A stretch of 32,000 nucleotides of DNA. Origin: Cupriavidus necator (GTDB lineage: Bacteria > Pseudomonadota > Gammaproteobacteria > Burkholderiales > Burkholderiaceae). The translations under genes were made by a program, and so were the position numbers. The DNA lies in assembly GCF_016127575.1 (NCBI RefSeq), contig NZ_CP066018.1, positions 1,320,001-1,352,000 on the forward strand. The letters are read 5' to 3'. This document shows positions 9,193 to 18,288 of the stretch, in pieces; the stretch's first letter is position 1, and each line of letters starts with the position of its first letter. Below the pieces are notes generated by a model, which was not told where the DNA came from, made no database searches, and worked only from the letters and a program-made list of their open reading frames with translations.

Positions 9193-9873
9193 TTACCAGG
9201 GGATGGGCGTGCCGTCGTAATTGTGGAAGGTGCCGTTGTCGCGCCGCTTGACGCCGGCGAGCAACTGGCGCATGCCCTTGACGCTCTGCTGCACGGTCAG
9301 GTCGGCTTCCTGGCCGCCCATGTCGGTCTTGACCCAGCCCGGGTGCAGCGCGACGCAGGTGGCGTGGCGCGCATCGAGCGAGACCGCGCGCAGCGCCGCA
9401 TTGGCGCCGGCCTTGCTGACGCGGTACAGCCAGCTGGTGCTGTGCTCCATCGCGGTGATGCTGCCCATGCGCGAGGACAGCACCGCCAGCACGCCGCCGT
9501 GGCCGGACTGGCCCGCTTCGACGTAGGGCAGCAGCAGCGGCAGCGCCATCATCGGGCCCAGCACGTTGACATGCATCACCCGGTCGAATTCCTGCGGCGT
9601 GACCGGTTGCGCGCCTTCGGTGCGGGGTCCCAGCACGCCGGCGTTGTAGATCGCCACGTCGAGGGCTTCGCCGTCGAGCTTCCAGCCCAGGCCCGCGACC
9701 GCGCCGGCATCGGACAGGTCGACCTGATGGGCTTCGGCGCCCAGCGCCTGCAATGCGCCGACGCCTTCAGGCGTACGCGCCGCCGCAATGACGCGCCAGC
9801 CGTCGGCACGGTACTGGCGCACGAATTCAAGGCCGATGCCGCGCGAGGCACCGAGGATCAGGACGGTTGGCAA
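9193..9873 (-). CDS. SDR family oxidoreductase (CsgA/sniffer-like subgroup)
   Basis: 226 aa. The cofactor motif is LILGASRGIG, the YRVSK catalytic pair is present, and the C-terminal YDGTPIPW is typical of this subgroup. The start is TTG at 9873, preceded by AAGGAG at 7 nt. Confidence 0.85.
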   Translation of the reverse strand: MPTVLILGASRGIGLEFVRQYRADGWRVIAAARTPEGVGALQALGAEAHQVDLSDAGAVAGLGWKLDGEALDVAIYNAGVLGPRTEGAQPVTPQEFDRVMHVNVLGPMMALPLLLPYVEAGQSGHGGVLAVLSSRMGSITAMEHSTSWLYRVSKAGANAALRAVSLDARHATCVALHPGWVKTDMGGQEADLTVQQSVKGMRQLLAGVKRRDNGTFHNYDGTPIPW

Positions 9874-9954
9874 GGCTGTGCTCCTTTGTCGGGCTGGCCG
9901 GAGCGCGAAACGGCTCGCCCGGCCACGGGTTCAGCAAACTGCCTCTGTCTTGCT

Positions 9955-9993
9955 CCCTCTCCCGCAAGCGGGAGAGGGGAGAAAACAAGCGGG
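9955..9993. repeat. REP-type palindromic element, copy 3
   Basis: CCCTCTCCCGC-AA-GCGGGAGAGGG plus the tail GAGAAAACAAGCGGG, which closely matches the copy-2 tail. It lies 11 nt 3' of the thiolase stop, inside the 130-nt thiolase-SDR gap. Confidence 0.8.
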
Positions 9994-10003
9994 AAGGAAC
10001 GCG

Positions 10004-11182
10004 TTACAGGATCTCGATCCCCACCGCAGTCGCCTCGCCACCACCAATGCACAGGCTCGCCACCCCACGCTTGCCCCCGGTCTTGCGCAGCGCGCCGATC
10101 AGCGTGGTCATGATGCGTGCGCCCGAAGCGCCGATCGGGTGGCCCAGTGCGCAGGCGCCACCATGGATATTGACCTTGTCACGCGGGATCTTGAGGTCGT
10201 GCATGGCCGCCATCGGCACCACGGCGAAGGCCTCGTTGATCTCGAACAGGTCGACGCTGTCGGTGGTCCAGTCCAGCTTGCGGTACAGCTTGGAAATCGC
10301 TTCCACCGGCGCGGTGGTGAACCAGCCCGGCGCCTGCGCGTGGGTGGTGTGGCCGAGCATGCGCGCGATCGGCTGCAGGCCCAGCTTCTTCGCGGTGGAG
10401 GCGCGCATCATCACCAGCGCCGAGGCGCCGTCGTTGATGGACGACGACGAGGCCGCCGTGATGGTGCCGTCCTTGGCAAACGCGGGCTTGAGCGAGGGGA
10501 TCTTGTCCAGCTTGATGCGGCGCGGGCCTTCGTCGGTGTCGATCACGGTGTCGCCGCCCCTGCCGGACACCGTCACCGGCGCGATCTCCCAGCGGAAGTC
10601 GCCGTTCTCGGTGGCCTGCTGGGCGCGGCGCACGCTTTCCATCGCGAATTCGTCCTGCTGCTCGCGCGTAAAGCCGTACTTGGCGGCGCAGTCCTCACCG
10701 AAGGTGCCCATGGCGCGGCCCTTGTCATACGCGTCTTCCAGGCCGTCCAGCATCATGTGGTCGTAGATCATGCCGTGGCCGATGCGGTAGCCGCCGCGGC
10801 CCTTCGGCACCAGGTACGGCGCATTGGTCATGCTCTCCATGCCGCCGGCAATGGCGATATCGAACGAGCCCGCGATCAGCCCGTCGTAGACGGTCATGGC
10901 CGCGCGCATGCCCGAGCCGCACATCTTGTTGACGGTGGTGCAGCCCACGCCCAGCGGCAGGCCCGCGCCCAGCGCGGCCTGGCGCGCCGGGGCCTGGCCC
11001 TGGCCGGCCGGCAGCACGCAGCCGAACACCACCTCTTCCACCTGCTCGGGCTTCAGGCCGGCGCGCTCTACGGCGGCGCGGATGGCCACGGCGCCCAGCT
11101 GCGGCGCGGTGACGCTGGCGAATTCGCCCTGGAACGCAGCCATCGGCGTGCGGGCGGCTGAAACGATGACGATCTCTTCCAT
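10004..11182 (-). CDS. acetyl-CoA C-acetyltransferase (thiolase II)
   Basis: 392 aa from ATG 11182 (MEEIVIVSAARTPMAAFQG...) within track ORF 10004..11860. Thiolase signatures are present: VNKMCGSG (active Cys), NEAFA, GHPIGASG and CIGGGEA. A CAGGAG Shine-Dalgarno lies upstream. Confidence 0.94.
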   Translation of the reverse strand: MEEIVIVSAARTPMAAFQGEFASVTAPQLGAVAIRAAVERAGLKPEQVEEVVFGCVLPAGQGQAPARQAALGAGLPLGVGCTTVNKMCGSGMRAAMTVYDGLIAGSFDIAIAGGMESMTNAPYLVPKGRGGYRIGHGMIYDHMMLDGLEDAYDKGRAMGTFGEDCAAKYGFTREQQDEFAMESVRRAQQATENGDFRWEIAPVTVSGRGGDTVIDTDEGPRRIKLDKIPSLKPAFAKDGTITAASSSSINDGASALVMMRASTAKKLGLQPIARMLGHTTHAQAPGWFTTAPVEAISKLYRKLDWTTDSVDLFEINEAFAVVPMAAMHDLKIPRDKVNIHGGACALGHPIGASGARIMTTLIGALRKTGGKRGVASLCIGGGEATAVGIEIL

Positions 11183-11229
11183 GTCGGGTCTCCTGGATCG
11201 GTGGATGAAGAAGCGGTGTGTGCGTCCGG

Positions 11230-11901
11230 TCAGCGGATCGACGCCTGCGGCGGATCGCCGTACTGGCGGTAGGCCGCGGCCAGTTGCTCGCGCAGTTCGT
11301 CGTTGCTGCTGGCGGCCATGCCCAGGTCGCGCAGCAGGCCGTCGGACACGCCGTAGACCCAGCCATGCACGGTCACCGCCTGGCCGCGGCTCCAGGCGTC
11401 CTGGAGCACGGTGGTCTGGCAGACGTTGTTGACCTGCTCGATCACATTGAGCTCGCACAGCCGGGTATGGGCATCGTCTTCGCGCAGCAGCGTGCCGAGA
11501 TAGGCCTCGTGCTTGTCGGCCACGTCGCGCACATGGCGCAGCCAGTTGTCGGCCAGGCCGATGCGCTCGCGCTTGAGCGCGACCTTGACACCGCCGCAGC
11601 CGTAGTGGCCCACCACGGTGATATGGCGCACCTTGAGCACCTCTACCGCGAACTGGATCACCGCCAGCGCGTTCAGGTCGCTGTGCGCGATCACGTTGGC
11701 GATATTGCGGTGGACGAACACCTCGCCCGGGGCCAGGCCCAGAATCTGGTTGGCCGGCACGCGCGAATCGGAGCAGCCGATCCACAGGTACTCGGGCGCC
11801 TGCTGGTTGGCCAGGCGCATGAAGAAGGTGGGGTCTTCGGCGTTGACGCGGTCGACCCACTCGCGGTTGTTGCGGAACAGCTGGGCGATGGCGTCAGTCA
11901 T
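11230..11901 (-). CDS. can: beta-class carbonic anhydrase
   Basis: 223 aa. The zinc-ligand blocks are IGCSDSRVP and [10 protein letters not shown]. The ATG overlaps the aceK stop as ATGA (11898..11901). Confidence 0.93.
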   Translation of the reverse strand: MTDAIAQLFRNNREWVDRVNAEDPTFFMRLANQQAPEYLWIGCSDSRVPANQILGLAPGEVFVHRNIANVIAHSDLNALAVIQFAVEVLKVRHITVVGHYGCGGVKVALKRERIGLADNWLRHVRDVADKHEAYLGTLLREDDAHTRLCELNVIEQVNNVCQTTVLQDAWSRGQAVTVHGWVYGVSDGLLRDLGMAASSNDELREQLAAAYRQYGDPPQASIR

Positions 11902-13739
11902 GCGACCCTCCTTGCAGGACCAGGATCGGGAACGGCAGCGGTACCCTGCGCGCTGCCAGCTTCGCTGTAGCGGTGAATGAATCGCTCTGAACTGTGATAG
12001 GCAAAGAAGTCATGAACATGTCCGGCCAGCAGCCGGTCCTTGTGGCTCTGCCACATGGCAGGGTCGAAAAAGTCCGCATGGTGGCGCAGGAACGCCGCGC
12101 GCACGCGCGTGTCGCCCAGCAGGAAGGTGCGGAAGGTCTCGGGAAAGATGTCGTGCGGACGCACCGTGTACCAGACCTCGCCCGACATCTCCTCTTCCTC
12201 GTTGCGCGGCTGCGGCACGTCGCGGATGTTGCAGTCGGTCAGGTACTCGATCTCGTCGTAGTCGTAGAACACCACGCGCCCGTGGCGCGTGACGCCGAAG
12301 TTCTTGTACAGCATGTCTCCCGGAAAGATGTTCGCAGCGATCAGCTCCTTGACGGCGTTGCCGTATTCAATCACGCCGTGCTCGACCTGCTCGTCAGTGC
12401 CCTCCGTCAGGTAGATGTTCAGCGGCGTCATGCGGCGCTCGATATAGACGTGGCGCACCACGATCTCTTCGCCGCCATCCTTGCCGCGCTGGTACTCGAT
12501 CATCGACGGCGCGTGCTGCTCGAACTCGCGCACCAGCGCCTCGTCGAAGCGCGAGAGCGGGAAGGCCACGTCGGAATACTCCAGCGTATCGGCCATGCGG
12601 CCGACGCGGTCGTGCTGCTTGACCAGCTGGTACTTGGACTTGACCAGCTCGCGCGTGGTTTCCTTGGGCGCCGGGAAAAAGTCCTTGATGACCTTGAACA
12701 CGTACGGGTACGACGGCAGCGTGAACACCAGCATCACCAGCCCGCGGATGCCGGGCGCGACGATGAACTTGTCCGACGAATGCTGCAGGTGGTGCAGGAA
12801 GTCGCGGTAGAACAGGTTCTTGCCCTGCTTCTGCAGGCCCAGCGAGGTATAGATCTCGGCGCGCGGCTTGCGCGGCATGATGTCGCGCAGGAAGGTCACG
12901 TAGGCCGACGGGATCTCCATGTCGACCATGAAATAGGAGTGCGTGAACGAGAACAGGATCAGCAACTGTTCCTTCTTCAGCAGCACGGTGTCCAGCGTCA
13001 GCTTGCCCGAGGGGCCGTGCACGATCGGGATCGCCAGCGGGAAAGTGCGGTCGCCGTTCAGGATGCGGCCGATGATAAAGGCCGACTTGTTGCGGAAGAA
13101 CAGCGACGACAGCGTATGGACCTGGAAATTCGGCGCGATGCGCAGGTCGCCGAAATGCTCGCTGACCGCGCGCACCACGTAGCCGATGTCGCGCTGCAGG
13201 TCCTCGAACGGGCTCTCCAGCTGGAAGTTGTGCACGACGCGCTCGAAGCACGCGGCCATGCCCTCGCGGCTGCCCGGGTAGTAGGCGCGGAAGGTGGGGC
13301 GCGTGGGCGATTCCTCGTTCTCGATGTACTCGGTCGAGATCGCCGGGCGCACGAAGATGAAATCGTTGTTGAAGTACGAGCGGTGCAGGATGCGCGTGCA
13401 GACCGAGTTGAAGAAGGTCTCGGCCAGCTCGGGCTGGTGGTGGTTGGTCAGCAGGCCGATGTAGTGCAGCTTGATCTGCTGCCAGATCTCGTCCTCGATG
13501 TTCTCGGCGTCGTACTCGTCTTCCAGGATCACGCTCGATTCGCGCACGCGCTCGTTGTAGAACGCAATGCGGTCGCGCTGGATCTGCTGCAGCCCGTGCC
13601 AGTCGCCGGCCTCGAACTTGAGCTTGGCCTGGTGGCTGACCTCGCGGAACAGGCGGTAATGCTTGTCGAACCCGTCGAGCATCGTTCTCGCCACATCGAA
13701 GGCAATCTGCGAGGAGAGCAGTTTGGGGAAGTGGGACAT
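11898..13739 (-). CDS. aceK: isocitrate dehydrogenase kinase/phosphatase
   Basis: 613 aa, AceK-like along the full length: [31 protein letters not shown]..., [35 protein letters not shown]. Confidence 0.93.
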   Translation of the reverse strand: MSHFPKLLSSQIAFDVARTMLDGFDKHYRLFREVSHQAKLKFEAGDWHGLQQIQRDRIAFYNERVRESSVILEDEYDAENIEDEIWQQIKLHYIGLLTNHHQPELAETFFNSVCTRILHRSYFNNDFIFVRPAISTEYIENEESPTRPTFRAYYPGSREGMAACFERVVHNFQLESPFEDLQRDIGYVVRAVSEHFGDLRIAPNFQVHTLSSLFFRNKSAFIIGRILNGDRTFPLAIPIVHGPSGKLTLDTVLLKKEQLLILFSFTHSYFMVDMEIPSAYVTFLRDIMPRKPRAEIYTSLGLQKQGKNLFYRDFLHHLQHSSDKFIVAPGIRGLVMLVFTLPSYPYVFKVIKDFFPAPKETTRELVKSKYQLVKQHDRVGRMADTLEYSDVAFPLSRFDEALVREFEQHAPSMIEYQRGKDGGEEIVVRHVYIERRMTPLNIYLTEGTDEQVEHGVIEYGNAVKELIAANIFPGDMLYKNFGVTRHGRVVFYDYDEIEYLTDCNIRDVPQPRNEEEEMSGEVWYTVRPHDIFPETFRTFLLGDTRVRAAFLRHHADFFDPAMWQSHKDRLLAGHVHDFFAYHSSERFIHRYSEAGSAQGTAAVPDPGPARRVA

Positions 13740-13850
13740 GGGTCGACGGGGGCCGGGAGAAATGTGCGGCGAGCGGTCTTGCGACGGGTACTGAGATTGT
13801 AATGGGGTTCGGGCGGGGGCTCCGGGTGATTTCGGCGCCCCCCTTGCGCT

Positions 13851-15032
13851 TTACATGGTTTCGGCGAACAGCTCGCGGCCGATCAGCATGCGGCGGATTT
13901 CCGAGGTGCCGGCGCCGATCTCGTACAGCTTGGCGTCGCGCCACAGGCGGCCGGCCGGGTATTCATTGATATAGCCGTTGCCGCCCAGGATCTGCACGGT
14001 CTCGCCCGCCATCCAGGTGGCCTTCTCGGCGGTGTACAGGATCACCGCGGCGCAGTCCTTGCGCACCTGGCGCACGTGCCCGCTGCCCAGCGCGTCCAGG
14101 TTCTTGCCGACCGTGTACAGGTAGCTGCGCGCGGCCTGCAGCGTGGTGTACATGTCGGCCACCTTGCCCTGGATCAGCTGGAATTCGCCGATGCTCTGGC
14201 CGAACTGCTTGCGGTCGTGGATATACGGCGTGACCACGTCCATGCACGCCTGCATGATCCCGACCGGGCCGCCGGACAGCACCGCGCGCTCGTAGTCCAG
14301 CCCGCTCATCAGCACCTTGGCGCCGCCGTTCTCGGCGCCAAGGATGTTCTCGACCGGCACTTCCACGTCCTGGAACACCAGTTCGCCGGTGTGCGAGCCG
14401 CGCATGCCCAGCTTGTCCAGCTTCTGCGCCACCGAGAAGCCCTTCATGCCCTTTTCGACGATAAAGGCGGTCATGCCGCGCGCGCCCAGCTCAGGCTCGG
14501 TCTTGGCATAGACCACCAGCACGTCGCAGTCCGGGCCGTTGGTGATCCACATCTTGGTGCCGTTGAGCACGTAGCGGTCGCCCTTGAACTCGGCGCGCAG
14601 CTTCATGCTGACCACGTCGGAGCCGGCATTGGGCTCGCTCATGGCCAGCGCGCCGATCCATTCGCCCGAGACCAGCTTGGGCAGGTACTTCGCCTTCTGC
14701 GCCGGCGTGCCGTTGCGGTGGATCTGGTTCACGCACAGGTTGGAATGCGCGCCGTACGACAGGCCGACCGACGCCGAGGCGCGGCTGATTTCTTCCATCG
14801 CAATCATGTGCGCCAGGTAGCCCATGTTGGCGCCGCCGTATTCCTCGGCCACGGTAATGCCCAGCACGCCCAGGTCGCCCATCTTCTTCCAGGCGTCCAT
14901 CGGGAACTGGTCGGTGCGGTCGATCTCGCCGGCGCGCGGGGCCAGCTCGGCCTGGGCCCAGTCGCGCACGGAGTTGCGCAGCATCTCGATGTCTTCGCCC
15001 AGATCGAATTTCAGGCCTGGCAGTTCGGTCAT
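13851..15032 (-). CDS. ivd: isovaleryl-CoA dehydrogenase
   Basis: 393 aa. ACAD blocks are present ([42 protein letters not shown]). The overall similarity is to IVD/LiuA by eye, and the gene lies downstream of a MerR/LiuR-type regulator. Confidence 0.93.
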   Translation of the reverse strand: MTELPGLKFDLGEDIEMLRNSVRDWAQAELAPRAGEIDRTDQFPMDAWKKMGDLGVLGITVAEEYGGANMGYLAHMIAMEEISRASASVGLSYGAHSNLCVNQIHRNGTPAQKAKYLPKLVSGEWIGALAMSEPNAGSDVVSMKLRAEFKGDRYVLNGTKMWITNGPDCDVLVVYAKTEPELGARGMTAFIVEKGMKGFSVAQKLDKLGMRGSHTGELVFQDVEVPVENILGAENGGAKVLMSGLDYERAVLSGGPVGIMQACMDVVTPYIHDRKQFGQSIGEFQLIQGKVADMYTTLQAARSYLYTVGKNLDALGSGHVRQVRKDCAAVILYTAEKATWMAGETVQILGGNGYINEYPAGRLWRDAKLYEIGAGTSEIRRMLIGRELFAETM

Positions 15033-15096
15033 GATGGTCTCCTGTTTGGAATCGGTATGTGTGTCGGGTTCCGGATGGATGGCCGGAGCCGTCAGT

Positions 15097-15573
15097 TCAG
15101 ACGTGGCCCAGTGTCTTGACCACGCACAGCGTCATCAGCATGGTGGCCACCTGCTTGCGGCGGCTGTCCTGCTCGACATAGACATCGCCCTGTGCCACGA
15201 TCAGCGTGCGCCCGGGCTTGAGGACCCGCCCCACCGCCACCAGGCGTTCGCCCTGGGCGGGAGACAGCAGGTTGATCTTGTACTCGGCGGTCAGGCCCGC
15301 CTCATCTTCGCCCACCATCGTCAGCGCGGCGTAGCCGCAGGCGCTGTCTGCCAGCGCACCCACCACGCCGCCGTGGAAGAAGCCGTGCTGCTGGGTCACG
15401 CCGTCGGACCACGGCATGGCCAGCTCGACCTCGCCGCGGTCCACCCGCCGCAGGGTCGCGCCAAAGGTGGTCATCAGCCCCTGGCGGGAAAAGCTGGTGG
15501 CGATAGCGTCGGCGCGCGCGGCGGACAGCGATCCTGGTTCAGCGGGTACGGCACTGGCGTTGGATGACGTCAT
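15097..15573 (-). CDS. PaaI-family hotdog-fold thioesterase
   Basis: 158 aa from ATG 15573 ([15 protein letters not shown]...) within track ORF 15097..15948. The block is [17 protein letters not shown] longer start would run through the operator and into liuR. Confidence 0.82.
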   Translation of the reverse strand: MTSSNASAVPAEPGSLSAARADAIATSFSRQGLMTTFGATLRRVDRGEVELAMPWSDGVTQQHGFFHGGVVGALADSACGYAALTMVGEDEAGLTAEYKINLLSPAQGERLVAVGRVLKPGRTLIVAQGDVYVEQDSRRKQVATMLMTLCVVKTLGHV

Positions 15574-15637
15574 GGCGGAGTTCCGGTGTGAGAACGTTGG
15601 GTCGCCGGCAGCAACAGGCTGCGCGCGCTGTCGGGGT

Positions 15638-15666
15638 ATTCTATTGACGTTTACGTAAACGTCAAT
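15638..15666 (-). promoter_or_regulatory. sigma70-type promoter overlapped by a perfect 24-bp palindrome (putative LiuR operator)
   Basis: ATTGACGTTTACGTAAACGTCAAT (15643..15666) equals its own reverse complement. Read on the minus strand it gives TTGACG (15665..15660), a 16-nt spacer and TAGAAT (15643..15638), about 58 nt upstream of the thioesterase-ivd genes. Confidence 0.65.
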
Positions 15667-15700
15667 CCCATCCGGCACGGATGCCGGTGGAAGTGCCGCT

Positions 15701-16165
15701 TCAGGCGACCGAGGTCCGGGCCGGCGCATCGCCGTCTTCCGTGGCCGGTTGCTGCTTGCCGGTCTGCGCGGCCAGCAAAGCCCTGCACTGGCGCTCATGC
15801 TGGTCGATCTCGGCCAGTTGCGCCTGCAGGTCTTCCATCTGCCGCTCAAGCGTGCGCCGGTGCGCCGCGAGCGAGTGCAGGAAGCGCTCCAGCTGCGGGG
15901 CTGTGTCGCGTGGTGACTCGTAGAGGTCAAGGATCTCGCGGATCTCATTGAGAGTAAGCCCCAACCTCTTGCCGCGCAGTGTCAGCTTCAGCCGGGTCCG
16001 TTCACGGCCGTTGTAGACCCGCTTGCGCCCGCCCGGCCCTTCGCGCTCCGGCGACAGCAGACCCTGGTCCTCGTAGAAACGGATGGCCCGGGGCGTGATG
16101 TCGAATTCACGCGCAAGGTCGGTGATGGTGTAGGTGGCGGAAGCCGCCGCTGGCGTCGCTGACAT
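15701..16165 (-). CDS. liuR: MerR family transcriptional regulator (LiuR type)
   Basis: 154 aa. The N-terminal MerR HTH is YTITDLAREFDITPRAIRFYEDQGLL and is followed by a coiled-coil dimerisation helix. It sits at the head of the ivd/liu array. Confidence 0.88.
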   Translation of the reverse strand: MSATPAAASATYTITDLAREFDITPRAIRFYEDQGLLSPEREGPGGRKRVYNGRERTRLKLTLRGKRLGLTLNEIREILDLYESPRDTAPQLERFLHSLAAHRRTLERQMEDLQAQLAEIDQHERQCRALLAAQTGKQQPATEDGDAPARTSVA

Positions 16166-16240
16166 AGCCTGCCCAAAGAAAGTGAACGGTCGTTCGTTGT
16201 GAAGTCAAGTTTTCGCTTAAGATGGAAACGAACCCGTATG

Positions 16241-16264
16241 ATTGACGTTTACGTTAGCGTCAAC
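16241..16264. promoter_or_regulatory. second, degenerate copy of the ACGT-rich palindrome (putative LiuR operator) between liuR and the divergent MBL gene
   Basis: ATTGACGTTTACGTTAGCGTCAAC differs from the perfect copy at 2 positions within the central 22 bp. It lies 77 nt upstream of the liuR ATG and about 107 nt upstream of the MBL ATG. Confidence 0.55.
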
Positions 16265-16370
16265 CAGATCGGCTGGCAACCGGTGCTTGCACGCCCTGCT
16301 CAATGCTTGGCGTGCCGGCAGAACGAGAAAGCCCGCGCCCCCGCGCCAGGCTTCGACCACGAGACTCCTC

Positions 16371-17447
16371 ATGAACGCACTCGAACACCAGCTCCAATAC
16401 CCGTTCGGCGACACCATGCCCGAGCCCGGCTCCAGGCAGGAAGTCGCCCCCGGCGTCTACTGGCTGCGCATGCCGCTGCCGTTCGCGCTCGACCATATCA
16501 ACCTGTGGCTGCTGCGCGACCGCCTGGACGGCCGCGACGGCTGGACCATCATCGACTGCGGCATCACCAACGACATCATCAAGGGCCACTGGGAAACCAT
16601 CTTCGCCAATGAGCTGGAAGGACTGCCGGTGGTGCGCGTGCTGGTGACGCACAGCCACCCCGACCACGTCGGCCTGGCGCACTGGCTGTGCAAGCGCTTC
16701 GGCGTGCGGCTGTGGATGAGCCTGGGCGACTACATGAGCGCGCGCGTGATGGGCAGCGGCACCGGTGCCGGCTCCAGCGCGGGCGGCGACGCCGCCGCCG
16801 CGCACTTCGCGCTGCACGGCCTGACCGATGCCGACAGCCAGGAAAAGCTGCGCGCGCGCAAGACCTACTACCCGTCGCTGGTGCCGGAGCTGCCGGCGCA
16901 GTACCGCCGCATGATGGAGGGCGACACGGTGCGGATCGGCACCGATGCGGCGACCTCGGCCTGGCGCGTGATCACCGGCTTCGGCCATTCGCCCGAGCAT
17001 GTGGCACTGTACAACGCCGCCACCAATGTGCTGATCTCCGGCGACATGGTGCTGCCGCGCATCTCGACCAATGTCAGCGTGTTCGACATGGAGCCCGAAG
17101 GCAATTCGCTGCAGCTCTACCTGGATTCGCTCGGCAAGTACGAACCGCTGCCGCAGGACGTGCTGATCCTGCCCTCGCATGGCCGCCCCTTCCGCAACCT
17201 GCATACCCGCATCATGCAGCTGCGCGAGCACCATGCCGACCGCCTCGCCGAAACGCTCGAAGCCTGCGGCGAGAAGGCCTGCAGCGCGCACGACATCGTC
17301 AGCGTGATCTTCAAGCGCCAGTTCGACATCCACCAGATGACCTTCGCCATGGGCGAGTCGCTGGCCCACCTGCACTGCCTGTGGCACCGCGGCGAACTGG
17401 TGCGGGAAACCGGCGACGACGGCGTGATCCGCTTCCGCGCGGCCTGA
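16371..17447 (+). CDS. MBL-fold metallo-hydrolase
   Basis: 358 aa from ATG 16371 (MNALEHQLQYPFGDTMPEPG...) within track ORF 16242..17447; the track start is a TTG inside the operator. The metal motif is THSHPDHVG. Confidence 0.85.
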   Translation: MNALEHQLQYPFGDTMPEPGSRQEVAPGVYWLRMPLPFALDHINLWLLRDRLDGRDGWTIIDCGITNDIIKGHWETIFANELEGLPVVRVLVTHSHPDHVGLAHWLCKRFGVRLWMSLGDYMSARVMGSGTGAGSSAGGDAAAAHFALHGLTDADSQEKLRARKTYYPSLVPELPAQYRRMMEGDTVRIGTDAATSAWRVITGFGHSPEHVALYNAATNVLISGDMVLPRISTNVSVFDMEPEGNSLQLYLDSLGKYEPLPQDVLILPSHGRPFRNLHTRIMQLREHHADRLAETLEACGEKACSAHDIVSVIFKRQFDIHQMTFAMGESLAHLHCLWHRGELVRETGDDGVIRFRAA

Positions 17448-17452
17448 CTGGC

Positions 17453-18286
17453 CTAGTTGGCGGCCGCCAGTGCCGCCAGGTAGCGCACCCCGTCGATGGC
17501 GCGGCTGCCGTACCAGGACAGCATCTCGCCGTCGACCAGCAGCACCGGCTTGCCAAGCTGGCGCTCGAGCGCGTCGGCGTGGTCTTCGGTGAAGCGGTAG
17601 GGCTCGGTCGACAGCAGCACCAGGTCGAGCTCGCGCACCAGCGCGTCGCTCCAGCGGAAGGTGGGATAGCGATCGCCAGGCGCGTTGGGGCGGCTGCAGT
17701 CGCCGCCCGCGCAGGCCTGCAATGCGGCACTGCCCTCGGGCCAGGTGTGCCAGTTGGCCAATGCCAGCATGCGGCTGATATAGGTATCGCGCGACACCGT
17801 CATCCACGGGTCCTGCCAGATCGCATACAGCACGCGGCGAGCCGGCCACGCGCGCACGCGGATGGCATCGAGCTGCACCTGCAGCGCCGTGCACAGCGCC
17901 TCGGCCTCGGCGTGGCAGCCGAAGATCCCGCCCAGCAGCTGGTACAGCCCCAGGTTGTCTTCCGGCGCGCATGGATGGGTGACGATCACATTGGGCACGA
18001 ATGCGCGGATTTCGTCCACGGTCTCGCGCCGGTTCTCATCGATATTGACCACCACGTGCGTGGGTGCCAGCTCGCGCAGCCGCGCCACGTTCACGTCCTT
18101 GGTGCCGCCGACCTTGGGCACCGCGCACACGGCCGGTTCCGGGTGGATGCAGAAGCCGGTGCGTGCCACCATCTGCCGGGCCATCCCGAGCGCGAACAGC
18201 AACTCAGTCACCGACGGCACCAGCGACGCGATCCGCACCACCCCGCTGGCGGCGGCATGCTGCTGGCCGATGGCGTCGCGCCACAT
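17453..18286 (-). CDS. BtuF/TroA-like (cobalamin or siderophore type) binding-protein fold, with no signal peptide
   Basis: 277 aa from ATG 18286 (MWRDAIGQQHAAASGVVRIASLVPSVTELLFALGM...) within track ORF 17453..18406. The start lies 2 nt after the upstream SDR stop. RI(A/V)SLxPSxTELLFALG is the typical first strand-helix of BtuF-like class III binding proteins. Confidence 0.75.
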   Translation of the reverse strand: MWRDAIGQQHAAASGVVRIASLVPSVTELLFALGMARQMVARTGFCIHPEPAVCAVPKVGGTKDVNVARLRELAPTHVVVNIDENRRETVDEIRAFVPNVIVTHPCAPEDNLGLYQLLGGIFGCHAEAEALCTALQVQLDAIRVRAWPARRVLYAIWQDPWMTVSRDTYISRMLALANWHTWPEGSAALQACAGGDCSRPNAPGDRYPTFRWSDALVRELDLVLLSTEPYRFTEDHADALERQLGKPVLLVDGEMLSWYGSRAIDGVRYLAALAAAN

Positions 18287-18288
18287 GG

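Noticed and set aside
13740-13850. Hairpin in the ivd-aceK gap as a rho-independent terminator.
   Set aside because: The GC stem is bulged (GGGGGCGCC..GGAGCCCCC) and is not followed by a T tract. It may be a processing or pause site, but I cannot support a terminator call.
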